From contig OY764265.1 in NCBI GenBank assembly GCA_963668355.1, positions 1,120,001-1,184,000 of the forward strand: DNA of 64,000 nt, written 5' to 3'. Made by a program: the position numbers and the translations under genes. This DNA comes from Bdellovibrionota bacterium. Lineage in GTDB: Bacteria > Bdellovibrionota_G > JALEGL01 > DATDPG01. Below the pieces are notes generated by a model. That model was not told the DNA's origin. It saw only the letters and a program-made list of their open reading frames with translations, and ran no database searches. Of the stretch, positions 44,946 through 54,698 are shown piece by piece. Numbering within the stretch: the stretch's first letter is position 1; every line of letters begins with the position of its first letter.

Positions 44946-45695
44946 GTGGACCACCCCTTCACATTTTTTGAACGGTATCTTCCGGGGGTAAACCACCACA
45001 ACTTGCACATGGTCACCGCAACGTTTGTGGTTCTCCTGCTCGCCTTGGCGACGGGGATTCTTTTTCCCAGACTTCGAAAAGCAAAAGAGAACATTCTTCC
45101 GGATCGAGGGTTTTCACTCCGGAACGGATTTGAAATTTTCATGGACATGATTCGTGGTCTTTGTGAGGACATCATTGGTTCGGATGGCCGAAAATATCTC
45201 CCCTTTATTGGAACGGTATTCTTTTTCATTTTTGGCATGAACATCATCGGAATGATTCCTGGTTTTTTGCCTCCCACGGAAAACGCAGTGACGGGCGCGG
45301 CGGTTGCGACCATTGTGTTCATCGCATTTAATTATTTTGGATTTCAGGAACACGGCCTTTCTTATTTCAAACATTTTTTAGCGCCGGTTCCGATGGGAAA
45401 ACAAAAAAGCATTTTATTCACGGCGCTGTTAGTTCCCGCCATGATTGGATTGCATAGTTTGTTTGCGGCCATTGAGGTTGTTGGCATGGCGTTTCGTCCG
45501 GTCTCTTTGTCCATTCGTTTGTACGGAAACATTTTTGGGGACCACGTGGTTTTGGGAATTTTTTCGGACTTGGTCCCGTGGCTCTTCCCCATGTGTTTTA
45601 TGGTCTTGGGAATTTTCGTTTCGTTTATGCAGGCATTTATTTTTATGTTGTTAACGATTGTTTACATTTCGGGAGCTGTGGCTCACGAGCATTAG
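44946..45695 (+). CDS. atpB: ATP synthase Fo subunit a
   Basis: RPVSLSIRLYGNIFGDH and QAFIFMLLTIVYI. Confidence 0.96.
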   Translation: MDHPFTFFERYLPGVNHHNLHMVTATFVVLLLALATGILFPRLRKAKENILPDRGFSLRNGFEIFMDMIRGLCEDIIGSDGRKYLPFIGTVFFFIFGMNIIGMIPGFLPPTENAVTGAAVATIVFIAFNYFGFQEHGLSYFKHFLAPVPMGKQKSILFTALLVPAMIGLHSLFAAIEVVGMAFRPVSLSIRLYGNIFGDHVVLGIFSDLVPWLFPMCFMVLGIFVSFMQAFIFMLLTIVYISGAVAHEH

Positions 45696-45713
45696 GAAAG
45701 GAGCATCGGAAAG

Positions 45714-46052
45714 ATGAAAATTTTTGGTTTATTGGTCGTTGGCTTAGTGTCGTTGGTTGCAACTGCAGCATTTGCTGAAGGAGGAGCTGAAGCGGCAGCG
45801 GCTGGCGCAGCCATGTTGGGAGATGGTGCGAAACAAGCGCTCGCGATTGGTGCGGGCTTGGGTTTGGCGTTGGCGGTTTTTGGGGGCGCTTTGGGACAAT
45901 CAAAAGCAACCGCCGCAGCGGTTTCGGGCATCGCTCGAAATCCAGAATCTCGAAAAGAGCTGTTCATTCCGTTCATGTTGGGACTGGTCTTCATGGAGTC
46001 TTTGGTTCTGTACATGTTCGTTATCGCCTTTTTCTTCATGCAAAAAATTTAA
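45714..46052 (+). CDS. atpE: ATP synthase Fo subunit c with N-terminal signal-like extension
   Basis: GxGxGxA stretch, loop ARNPE and conserved Glu in ESL. Confidence 0.95.
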   Translation: MKIFGLLVVGLVSLVATAAFAEGGAEAAAAGAAMLGDGAKQALAIGAGLGLALAVFGGALGQSKATAAAVSGIARNPESRKELFIPFMLGLVFMESLVLYMFVIAFFFMQKI

Positions 46053-46064
46053 ACGTTGGAACAT

Positions 46065-46098
46065 AGGGAGGCGTTCTCTTTCAGCGCCTCCCTTTTTT
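46065..46098 (+). terminator. Rho-independent terminator after atpE
   Basis: Stem AGGGAGGCG/CGCCTCCCT followed by a T run. Confidence 0.75.
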
Positions 46099-46103
46099 GT
46101 ATC

Positions 46104-47222
46104 ATGACCAAGCGCGACTATTATGAAGTGCTCTCGGTGAGCCGCGAGTCCACACAGGCAGACATCAAAAAAGCCTATCGACAACTCGCCAAGAAATATC
46201 ACCCGGATTTAAATCCGGACAACGCCGAGGCCGAAGAAAAATTTAAGGAAGCCTCCGAAGCCTATGAAGTGCTTCACGATGTCGAAAAGCGTCGCGTATA
46301 TGACCAATTCGGACACGAAGGGTTAAAAGGAAGAGGGTTTCAGGGCTTCTCCGGCGTCGATGATATTTTCTCTTCTTTTGGAGACATTTTCGATTCATTT
46401 TTCGGTTTTGGCGGAGGCCGTCGGCGAGGAGGCCCACGCCGAGGGAACGATTTAGAGATGTTGGTTGAGATTTCTTTTCGAGATGCCATTTTTGGATGTC
46501 GAAAAGAAATTGAAGTCGAACGCCAAGTTTCCTGCACACATTGCTCAGGAACTGGCGCGGAGCCCGGACACGAACCTGAAAGTTGCGGCACCTGTGGCGG
46601 CATCGGTCAAGTGCGAACGGTTCAGGGCTTTTTCTCCATGCAAACAACCTGCCCCCATTGTCGAGGAACGGGAAAATTCATTCGAGTTCCATGTAAAAAC
46701 TGTCACGGTTCTGGCCGGGGCGTGGAAAAGAAACATCTGGAAGTGGATATTCCCGCCGGTGTGGATCGAGGCATGCGGGTTCGTCTTCCAGGCGAAGGGT
46801 CTGGGGGCTTGCAAGGAGGCTCTCCTGGGGACCTGTACGTTGTTCTCGATGTTGCCGAAGACGAAAATTTTATTCGAAAAGAGGAAAACATTTTTTCGCA
46901 GCTGAACATTGGCGTCGCTCAAGCCTCTCTGGGGACAGAGGTTCGCGTGGAAACGCTTGATGGACATGAGGTCGTTGAAGTGCCTCGGGGCTCTCAAAGT
47001 GGAGATGTCATTACACTCAACGGTAAAGGCGTCCCTCGACTCCGGCGAGGAGGACGGGGGAGTCACTTTGTCGAATTACGGGTCATGATTCCAAAGAGAC
47101 TCACCAGCAAACAGGAAGAACTGCTTCGTGCATTTGCCCAAGAATCTGGGGAAAGCGTATCAGCCCCGAAAGAAGGCTTTTTGGACAAACTCAAAAGCAA
47201 AAAGAAAACCAAGAAAAAATAG
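46104..47222 (+). CDS. dnaJ: Chaperone DnaJ
   Basis: J domain HPD, G/F-rich region and four CxxCxGxG repeats. Confidence 0.96.
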   Translation: MTKRDYYEVLSVSRESTQADIKKAYRQLAKKYHPDLNPDNAEAEEKFKEASEAYEVLHDVEKRRVYDQFGHEGLKGRGFQGFSGVDDIFSSFGDIFDSFFGFGGGRRRGGPRRGNDLEMLVEISFRDAIFGCRKEIEVERQVSCTHCSGTGAEPGHEPESCGTCGGIGQVRTVQGFFSMQTTCPHCRGTGKFIRVPCKNCHGSGRGVEKKHLEVDIPAGVDRGMRVRLPGEGSGGLQGGSPGDLYVVLDVAEDENFIRKEENIFSQLNIGVAQASLGTEVRVETLDGHEVVEVPRGSQSGDVITLNGKGVPRLRRGGRGSHFVELRVMIPKRLTSKQEELLRAFAQESGESVSAPKEGFLDKLKSKKKTKKK

Positions 47223-47230
47223 ACAGGTTT

Positions 47231-48895
47231 TTAAAGTACGTTTTTCAAAGAAAGCAATTGTTTCGGATCATTTTCCAATTGAACCCCAACGCCCACACGG
47301 GACGAACTTTTGGGCTGAGAGTAAACCACACGACCTTTAAGTAAAATTTGTCGAAAGGTGTTTGGCAGATGAATGCGAATGAAAATCGTTTCATCATTTT
47401 CAAACGTCTTTGCAGACTCTACGTAAAGACCGCCTTGGGAAATATTTGATTCAAACTCTTTTCGAAACTCATCCATATTTCGAAAATATAGATCCACAAA
47501 GAATCGATCAGAACTTTCTTGCGGAACCTGGCCGCATAAATCAAAAGACTCCAGCTGTGAACGAACAAAGGAATCCAAGATCTTGACATTTTCTGGTGAA
47601 ATATTGGTGAACTGAAAGCCAGCAAAGGGAGAGGCGTTTCGGGAAACTTCGTAAACCAATTTACCCAACCCTGAAATGGGAGGGTGGTCTTTTCCCAAGT
47701 GAAGAACGATTCCGTACTCTCCGCCCTCTTTTTGAGGAAGACCCTTCCACTCCACCAGCATGCCACCGCGCCCTAACTCCGCGACTGCACAAGCTCCCCG
47801 AGCTTTGTCGGAAAGATCCACCACGTCAGCCGAAATCCCAATATGTTCTGTGGAAATGCGAGGGTGTTTGCGTTGTCCAACTTGGCCGGCCAATGATTCG
47901 ACGGGGCCACTGGGAACTTTAGGAACACGCGTTCCCGCGTTGAACTCGGAAATGGCTTGAGTCCAATTTTGATCTTTGGCAATGAGTCGTCCGACGAACG
48001 CTGGAGAAAAAAGAGACGAAGCGTCTAAAATATTCTCCAAGGGTTTTTCGCGAAATCGAATGTGAAGCAAGGCCTCTTCAAACGCTTCAACCGTTTGAAA
48101 CCGCAAGGCAGGATCTCGGTGAAGGGCCTTATTGAAGAAGATTCGAAGAGAGATCTCATCCGAACGAGAACGGACGAGATTGGAACATTCAAATTTCGGA
48201 ACAGTGGCATTTCGAACTTTGGCAATGAGATCGACTTTGTTTTCAGCTTTGAAGGGAACCGTTCCGTGGAAAAGAATAAATGCAATCACACCTAAACTAT
48301 AGAGGTCCGTTACGGTGGTGAGGGGACGACCTTCTAAAATGTCGGCCGGCAAATAATGGATGCGACCAAAGGGTCGCTCCAATGGATCCGTAGAGCTTTC
48401 TTGTCCGGCGCTGCCAAAATCCGTCAGGCGAAGCAAGCCCTCTCGTGTGATCATGATGTTTTCCAAAGACAGGTCGCCATGAAACAACACAGATTGCGAA
48501 TTTCGGAAAATAGAGGTGTTGTGAAGATAGCGAAGGGCGGAGCAAAGCTCCTTTATAAAATAAAGCGTGAGTGACAAGGGAGGTCGGCCGTGGTCGCGAC
48601 GAAAGTCGGAAACCATTTCGTGTAAGCTTCCCGCCAATAAAAGTTCAGAAACGGCGAAAAAAACGCCATCCACTTTTCCGTGATCCAAAATTTTCAAAAT
48701 ATTTGGGTGATTTAGTTTTGAGGCGATTTGGATTTCACGAATAAACGAAGCGACAATGCGAGGGACCTGGGCGCGTTCCGGTTTTAAGCATTTCACTGCA
48801 AAAGACTGATTCTCGCTCATGCCCAAATAGACATGAGACAGCCCTCCCTCCCCGATTTTGGTTAACAGTGAATATTTTCCAAGCACATTACTCAT
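47231..48895 (-). CDS. Hanks-type Ser/Thr protein kinase with two C-terminal PilZ-like domains
   Basis: IGEGG, FAVK, HGDLSLEN, DFG and DLYSLG; then RKHPR...ELGRGG, and EFESNISQGGLYV...GVGVQL. Confidence 0.85.
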   Translation of the reverse strand: MSNVLGKYSLLTKIGEGGLSHVYLGMSENQSFAVKCLKPERAQVPRIVASFIREIQIASKLNHPNILKILDHGKVDGVFFAVSELLLAGSLHEMVSDFRRDHGRPPLSLTLYFIKELCSALRYLHNTSIFRNSQSVLFHGDLSLENIMITREGLLRLTDFGSAGQESSTDPLERPFGRIHYLPADILEGRPLTTVTDLYSLGVIAFILFHGTVPFKAENKVDLIAKVRNATVPKFECSNLVRSRSDEISLRIFFNKALHRDPALRFQTVEAFEEALLHIRFREKPLENILDASSLFSPAFVGRLIAKDQNWTQAISEFNAGTRVPKVPSGPVESLAGQVGQRKHPRISTEHIGISADVVDLSDKARGACAVAELGRGGMLVEWKGLPQKEGGEYGIVLHLGKDHPPISGLGKLVYEVSRNASPFAGFQFTNISPENVKILDSFVRSQLESFDLCGQVPQESSDRFFVDLYFRNMDEFRKEFESNISQGGLYVESAKTFENDETIFIRIHLPNTFRQILLKGRVVYSQPKSSSRVGVGVQLENDPKQLLSLKNVL

Positions 48896-51383
48896 TTAAG
48901 AAAAACTGCTGAGGCGTTTTACTTCGATCCACGTCTTCCGATGTTTCTTCCGGCTCGGTGCCTTCCAAAAACGCTTCGAAGACGGGATGCTTCGTCTCTC
49001 TGGAAGCAATTTTACCACTTTTTGGATCAATCTGCGCGAAGACCACACCAGGGGGCACCGAAAAGTCCATAATGGGCTCTTCTTCCAGCGCTTTCTTCAT
49101 AAAATCCAACCAGATGGGACTTGCGGCACTTCCTCCGACCTCCAACACGCCGAGCTTCTCTGCCTGGTCGAATCCCACCCAAACTCCGGTGACGAGAGAG
49201 GGTGTAAACCCGACAAACCAGGCATCGTGGTTGTCGTTTGTGGTCCCGGTTTTTCCAGCAGCGGGTCGATTGATGCTCTGAGCCCGTCTTCCCGTTCCTA
49301 TGGAAATGACCTCCTTTAAAAGGTGGGTCATGATGTAGGCCGTTTGCGGGCGAACCGCAAAACTCGAAGGTAAGTCGGCAGAATCTTCCATTCCTCTTTG
49401 AACCGCCAGGTCGAAGGTTTGTTTTTCACGCTCCTTTTGTTCCAGAAGCTCCAGCTCAAAATCCAAAGGCAGCGTGAGACCGTCGGGAATATTCCTTTCC
49501 AAAACATTTCCGTCGCGATCCACAATCTTTTCAATGGCGGCTGGAGGAAGACGGCGACCGCTGGCTGCAAAGACCGTATACGCTGAGACCAGCTCCAAGG
49601 GTTTGACGGCCGAAGATCCAAGAGCCAGCGAATGATCGCGAGCCAAAGGAGAGGCAATTCCGAAGCGAGAGGCGTAGTCCAACACGACATCGATGCCGAT
49701 GTCTTGGACGATGCGAACGGTGGGAACGTTTCTGGACTTGATCAAGGCCTCACGGAAGACCGTATTGCCATAAAATTTTCCTCCAAAGTTTTTTGGCTTC
49801 CACGTCAACGCCGTGATCGGGTCATCATAGACAATGGGAGAATCCAAGAGCATGCTTGCGGCGGTGTATCCGTGGTCGATGGCTGCGGTATAGATCAGTG
49901 GCTTGAAAGCTGAGCCAGGCTGTCGAGCGGCTTGCGTAACTCGATTGAATTCACTTTTTTCAAAATCGTAGCCGCCAACCATGGCACGAATGCCTCCGTC
50001 TCTGGGGTCAATTCCCACCAGCGCACCTTGAACTTCAGGTTCCTGGATCAGTTCGAAAAACAATTCCCCTTCTGTCAGTGGTTTTTCATCGGTTTGAATT
50101 TCCGAACTCTTCAAAGGACGAACCAACACCACGTCTCCCACCGACAAAGCTTGAGAAGGTTTTTCAATGAGACCACGTTTCCAATATTGATCCGCATTGG
50201 GCTCACGAGCCCAGGTCATGACATCCAAAGGTATGATTCCCTTCAATCGTCCGAGGTTGACATGGGTTTGAAGATTTTTGTCATCTACCTGTGTCACCAA
50301 TGCACGATAATTATGATCGACCTCCAATTCCCCCGGACCTCTCTCGGAGCGAAGAACTTCCAAATACTCTGGAAACGCTTCTTCGGTAATTTGGTTTAAG
50401 GGTCCTCGAAATCCCTGTCTTCGGTCCAAGGCCTCCAACCCTTTTCGAAGGGCCTTTCTTGCAGAACGAGCATTTCTGGCTTCAAGCGTCGTATAAATTT
50501 GTAAGCCCCCTTCCAGAACCAGCGCTTCTCCGTATTTTTCCATGACGTATCGCCGAACATGTTCCACGAAGTAAGGAGCGTATCGAAGGTTGAGTTGAGC
50601 GTTTCGAACCAAACTCAAGGGACGTTCGATTTCTTGAAGGTATTGAGCTTTTGAAATGTAGCCCTCCGCTTGCAAACGACTCAACACATAACTTTGGCGT
50701 GATTGCGCGCGATCCAAACTTCGAAAAGGGTTATCTCGGCTGGGAGCTTTGGTGAGTCCCGCCAGCATGGCGATTTCGGCCAAACTTAACGAGGCCGCAT
50801 CTTTATTGAAGTAAATTTGTGAAGCGGCTTGCACACCATACGCACCATGTCCCAAATAGACCTGGTTCAAGTAAATCTCCAAAATTTCTTCCTTGGATAG
50901 GAAGCGTTCCATTTTATAAGCCAAAACCGCCTCTTTGGCTTTTCGCGTGTAACTTCGCTCGGGAGAAAGAAGTAAGGATTTGGCGACTTGCTGCGTAATG
51001 GTGCTGCCGCCTTGACGCACTCTTCCCGCAAGAACATTTTTCACCATGGCTCGAAAAATGCCAGCAAATGAGATTCCACCATGTTCGAAGAACTCGGCAT
51101 CTTCGGCGGAAATGAACGCCTTAATCATGGCGGGGGGCATTTGTGCGAGGGGGAGGTACACCCTTCGTTGCCGGAAGAACTCTCCAATTTTCACCATGTC
51201 GTGGCTGTACACCTCAGAAGCGACAGGCGGCCGAAACTCTTTGAGCGACTCAATGGAGGGCAGATTCCACGCCAAATAGACGAAGGAGGAACCTCCAATG
51301 ATAAAGACCACCATGGCTGGATAGACGATCCAACGAAGCTTTTTCCACAAACGTGTTCGGAACATGCGAAAGAGTGTACCCAT
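48888..51383 (-). CDS. mrcA: Penicillin-binding protein 1A
   Basis: Transglycosylase motifs AED..F..H.G, GGSTITQQ and RKAKE; transpeptidase motifs SAFK, SRN and KTG. Confidence 0.95.
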   Translation of the reverse strand: MGTLFRMFRTRLWKKLRWIVYPAMVVFIIGGSSFVYLAWNLPSIESLKEFRPPVASEVYSHDMVKIGEFFRQRRVYLPLAQMPPAMIKAFISAEDAEFFEHGGISFAGIFRAMVKNVLAGRVRQGGSTITQQVAKSLLLSPERSYTRKAKEAVLAYKMERFLSKEEILEIYLNQVYLGHGAYGVQAASQIYFNKDAASLSLAEIAMLAGLTKAPSRDNPFRSLDRAQSRQSYVLSRLQAEGYISKAQYLQEIERPLSLVRNAQLNLRYAPYFVEHVRRYVMEKYGEALVLEGGLQIYTTLEARNARSARKALRKGLEALDRRQGFRGPLNQITEEAFPEYLEVLRSERGPGELEVDHNYRALVTQVDDKNLQTHVNLGRLKGIIPLDVMTWAREPNADQYWKRGLIEKPSQALSVGDVVLVRPLKSSEIQTDEKPLTEGELFFELIQEPEVQGALVGIDPRDGGIRAMVGGYDFEKSEFNRVTQAARQPGSAFKPLIYTAAIDHGYTAASMLLDSPIVYDDPITALTWKPKNFGGKFYGNTVFREALIKSRNVPTVRIVQDIGIDVVLDYASRFGIASPLARDHSLALGSSAVKPLELVSAYTVFAASGRRLPPAAIEKIVDRDGNVLERNIPDGLTLPLDFELELLEQKEREKQTFDLAVQRGMEDSADLPSSFAVRPQTAYIMTHLLKEVISIGTGRRAQSINRPAAGKTGTTNDNHDAWFVGFTPSLVTGVWVGFDQAEKLGVLEVGGSAASPIWLDFMKKALEEEPIMDFSVPPGVVFAQIDPKSGKIASRETKHPVFEAFLEGTEPEETSEDVDRSKTPQQFFLNE

Positions 51384-51578
51384 TGGGAAGATTTTTTCAT
51401 GGGAGAAACACCTCAGGACGCTGAAAATCGTTGTGGGAGAGTTTTATGAGACGCAAAACCAGCCTCCAAAAGGTTGGCCGCGAAACGTCAGTAAACTGAG
51501 TAATACAGAAAGTTAGCAACAAAACGAGCGTGAAAAGCTTTCTGAAAGGGATCCTTAAGGGGGTGTAAAGATCCACGC

Positions 51579-51607
51579 TTGACAAAGCCTCGTGGCTTAC
51601 ATATTAC
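51579..51607 (+). promoter_or_regulatory. Sigma70-like promoter for the MoaA-like gene
   Basis: TTGACA-N17-TATTAC. Confidence 0.45.
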
Positions 51608-51699
51608 ACTGACCCACATACCTAAATTGAGGTAAGTCCTTGGATTTCAAATGGAATTCGGGTTTTTTTGGTGAGTTGAAGAAGTTCGGGAGGAGAACC

Positions 51700-52722
51700 A
51701 TGGCGGCAACGATCCAAGACATGAATGGCGATGTAGCACGTACATTGCGCTTGTCGATTACGGGGGAATGTAATTTAGACTGCTTCTATTGTAAGCCCAC
51801 AGGGAGGTCCAAAGACCTCTTCCAACCCAAAACCCCCGTCCAGCCTTCGGATGTGACGAAGTTGGTGAAAATTTTGGGAGAAAAGGGTGTTTCCAAGGTT
51901 TTGATCTCCGGGGGAGAGCCCCTGCTCCGAAAAGATGCTGCAAATTTTGTCAAATCAGCCACCGCCCATCGGGCCATTCAAGAAGTTCGCCTGGTGACGA
52001 ATGGAACCTACCTGAAAGCTCACGCGGATGCTCTGCGAAAACTGGGCCTGCGTAAGGTGGACATCAATTTCGACACGTTGAAATATGAGAAATACCAGAC
52101 ATTGACCAAGAAAGATGACCTCTTTCGCGTGTTGGATGGGATCGAAAAAGTCGAAAAGCTCAACTACACGTCGATTCGCGTAAATGTCTTCATGTTAAGA
52201 GGCATCAACGATGAAGAGCTTGTGGACTTCGCTCGAATGACGAAAGATCACAAAATTTATTTGCGCTTCATGGAATACGATTCGAACGGAACCCAGAAGG
52301 ATTCAAAATCTGCGTCGCGCCTGTTTTTCCCGGCACTTGCCGCAAAGCGCATGATTAATAATTACCAGAAATTGGTGATGGAGCCCGAATTGGAGGGAGA
52401 GCATCCGGTTCCCGCTTTTCGATTTGTTGATGGCCTGGGGAAAATGTCCTTTTTAAGTCGCGATGAGGTGGCGAAAGAAGATTCCACGCCTCGCGTAGCC
52501 TTCAATGCGAGTGGCGTTTTCTTCAATGAGGCTGCGTCCAATCGAGGTCACGCCATTTTGGCCGACCTTCGAAGAGATGCGAAAGAAACCAAGCTCCACC
52601 GAACCATAGAGCGGGTCTTGACGCTTCACGCAGCTCCGGCGCCGAAGAAGAAAGCCAGCAAATCGGTTACGACGCTAAAAACCAAGACGACAACACGAGC
52701 TAAACGCGCGGCAAGGGCCTAA
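51700..52722 (+). CDS. MoaA-derived radical SAM protein lacking auxiliary-cluster cysteines and the C-terminal GG
   Basis: LRLSITGECNLDCFYC, SGGEPLLR, TNG, RGINDEE and LRFMEY; ATG at 51700 with an AGGAG RBS. Confidence 0.8.
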   Translation: MAATIQDMNGDVARTLRLSITGECNLDCFYCKPTGRSKDLFQPKTPVQPSDVTKLVKILGEKGVSKVLISGGEPLLRKDAANFVKSATAHRAIQEVRLVTNGTYLKAHADALRKLGLRKVDINFDTLKYEKYQTLTKKDDLFRVLDGIEKVEKLNYTSIRVNVFMLRGINDEELVDFARMTKDHKIYLRFMEYDSNGTQKDSKSASRLFFPALAAKRMINNYQKLVMEPELEGEHPVPAFRFVDGLGKMSFLSRDEVAKEDSTPRVAFNASGVFFNEAASNRGHAILADLRRDAKETKLHRTIERVLTLHAAPAPKKKASKSVTTLKTKTTTRAKRAARA

Positions 52723-52783
52723 GATATAAGCGGCCGTTCTTTCTCTCTTGAAATCGTGAGAAACGTGCTTTAATCGAGGCCTT

Positions 52784-52978
52784 GTGTTTGGCATTGGCTT
52801 TGGCGAAATTTTATTGATCCTCATTGTGGTTCTTTTGATCTACGGACCCAACAGACTTCCCGAGTTGGCTCAGAAGGTGGGGCGCGTGATGCGAGAATTT
52901 CGAAGAGCCACCAACGAAGTGCGCGACGCATTGTCTGAAACCGATCCTACGGAAACGAAAGACTCGGATGACGCCTAA
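52784..52978 (+). CDS. tatB: Twin-arginine translocase TatA/TatB-family subunit
   Basis: MFGIGFGEIL...GPNRLPE; lies upstream of tatC. Confidence 0.85.
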   Translation: MFGIGFGEILLILIVVLLIYGPNRLPELAQKVGRVMREFRRATNEVRDALSETDPTETKDSDDA

Positions 52979-53714
52979 ACCTCCATCCATGCCCTTTTTG
53001 GCCCATCTTCAGGACCTTAGAAAATGCTTCCTTCATAGTTTCGTGGCGATTTTGGTGGGGTTTGGCGTGGCATATACTTTTCGACAAGAAGTGTTCGCCC
53101 TTCTTACCCTGCCCTTCAACGACGCCTATCGGGCGGCGTTTGACCAAGAGCCTCATATGATTACCACAGGTTTGGTGGAATCCTTCCTGGTGTATTTGAA
53201 GGTTTCCCTCCTGGCGGGGTTCTTTTTGGCCAGCCCGGTGGTGTTTTACCAGGTATGGAAATTTGTCGGGCCGGCCTTGACCCGAGGAGAACGGAAGCAC
53301 GCCCTTCCGGTCGTTTTTTTAGCGACGGTGTTCTTTGTGGGAGGGGCGCTCTTTGGATATTTCGGCGTGTTTCCCCTGGGCTTTCGATTCTTTCTCGAAG
53401 TCGCGCCAGGAGATTATGTGGAGCCCATGATTCGCATGCAGGAGTATTTTCACCTATCTTCCTGGATGCTTGTGGTTTTTGGGTTGGTTTTTGAACTTCC
53501 TCTAATGGTTCTTTACCTCACGATCACGGGTGTAATTTCTCCGGCCGGACTCATTCGCCCCTGGCGGGCCGTTATCATTGGAATTGCGGTTGGTTCTGCC
53601 ATTCTGACCCCGGCTGACCCGGCGTCGATGTTACTGATGGCCCTTCCACTCCTCGTTTTATATGGAGTCACCGTCGCAATCGCGTTTATATTGGGACAAA
53701 GGCGCCGCAAATAA
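52968..53714 (+). CDS. tatC: Twin-arginine translocase TatC
   Basis: HLQDLR, YQVWKFVGPAL, FELP and AILTPADP. Confidence 0.94.
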   Translation: MTPKPPSMPFLAHLQDLRKCFLHSFVAILVGFGVAYTFRQEVFALLTLPFNDAYRAAFDQEPHMITTGLVESFLVYLKVSLLAGFFLASPVVFYQVWKFVGPALTRGERKHALPVVFLATVFFVGGALFGYFGVFPLGFRFFLEVAPGDYVEPMIRMQEYFHLSSWMLVVFGLVFELPLMVLYLTITGVISPAGLIRPWRAVIIGIAVGSAILTPADPASMLLMALPLLVLYGVTVAIAFILGQRRRK

Positions 53715-53793
53715 TTTGCACAACCCTGAAAACTTTGATATTCGGATCTTAGAGTAGGGGAATTTACTGGGCGATTCTAAAAAGGGGGGAATC

Positions 53794-54696
53794 ATGTCCA
53801 AATCACTTCACGGCTTATGGGTCTTGGTTTTTCTGTTCACCACCACCGCGTTCGCGGGAAACTTGTTTGAGGGAGGTCAGGAGGTCGAATTTGATCTCAT
53901 CGAACCCACGGGGCCCTGCGCAGTTGTTGACGGGAAATACCCCACCGACCCGCTCTGTTATGAAATTGCTGAGGTTCAACTCACACCGCAGGTTCGTGTT
54001 CCCTTGATGGCGTTGGAATCGGCTCGAACGCCCACCCTGAGTCAACGATCCAAGGCACCCGGACGAACGGGCGGAATTCCGGGGATGCAAGAAGCCAAAG
54101 AAATCATGAATACGATTGATTGGTTCTGGCGATTTCTGGAAAAAAACCAAGCCAAATTGGAAGTCAATACCCAAGGACGAGCCAATGCGCTTCCCACAGC
54201 GAAAGAATGTCAAAACTGGGAGAACATGGGAGGTTGGAATCCCACGCCCAAAGCCATTCCCTATGTTTTGAGTGCAAAGAACCCCTTTGGGATTGAAGTG
54301 GTTCGTTTGGAATACACAATTCAGTTCACGTACGGCGGGAATTGTCTTGGAAAAGGTCAATATCTTGAAAACGTCCGCCTGGTTTACGGAAATGCGTCGG
54401 CGTCGTTGTTTTTTACCGCAGAGGTCGATGTTGAAATTGGAGACATCGTGAACTTCGGAACGTCTGAAGCCCCCATTGCCGGCCTACAAATTCTTTCTCA
54501 CAATCGCGTAAAGTCTTTGGTGAAAAGCATCAATCAGTCCACGGCGTACTATGTGATGGGAAATGGAGACTTCTCTGAGGTTATGCCCCATCGTGTGATG
54601 GGAGACGAGCCTTTCTCGGCGAGGGAAGACGGATCGAAGAAAGATTCAGCCTTGGTTGGTGACGGCTACGAGCTTCTGGATCTTAGCCAACCCTAG
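53794..54696 (+). CDS. Hypothetical secreted beta-rich protein
   Basis: Signal peptide ending AFA; GGGGG RBS; C-terminal half with beta-strand pattern. Confidence 0.7.
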   Translation: MSKSLHGLWVLVFLFTTTAFAGNLFEGGQEVEFDLIEPTGPCAVVDGKYPTDPLCYEIAEVQLTPQVRVPLMALESARTPTLSQRSKAPGRTGGIPGMQEAKEIMNTIDWFWRFLEKNQAKLEVNTQGRANALPTAKECQNWENMGGWNPTPKAIPYVLSAKNPFGIEVVRLEYTIQFTYGGNCLGKGQYLENVRLVYGNASASLFFTAEVDVEIGDIVNFGTSEAPIAGLQILSHNRVKSLVKSINQSTAYYVMGNGDFSEVMPHRVMGDEPFSAREDGSKKDSALVGDGYELLDLSQP

Positions 54697-54698
54697 AG

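Noticed and set aside
51700..52722. Annotation as canonical moaA
   Set aside because: Auxiliary-cluster cysteines, some substrate arginines and the terminal GG are missing.
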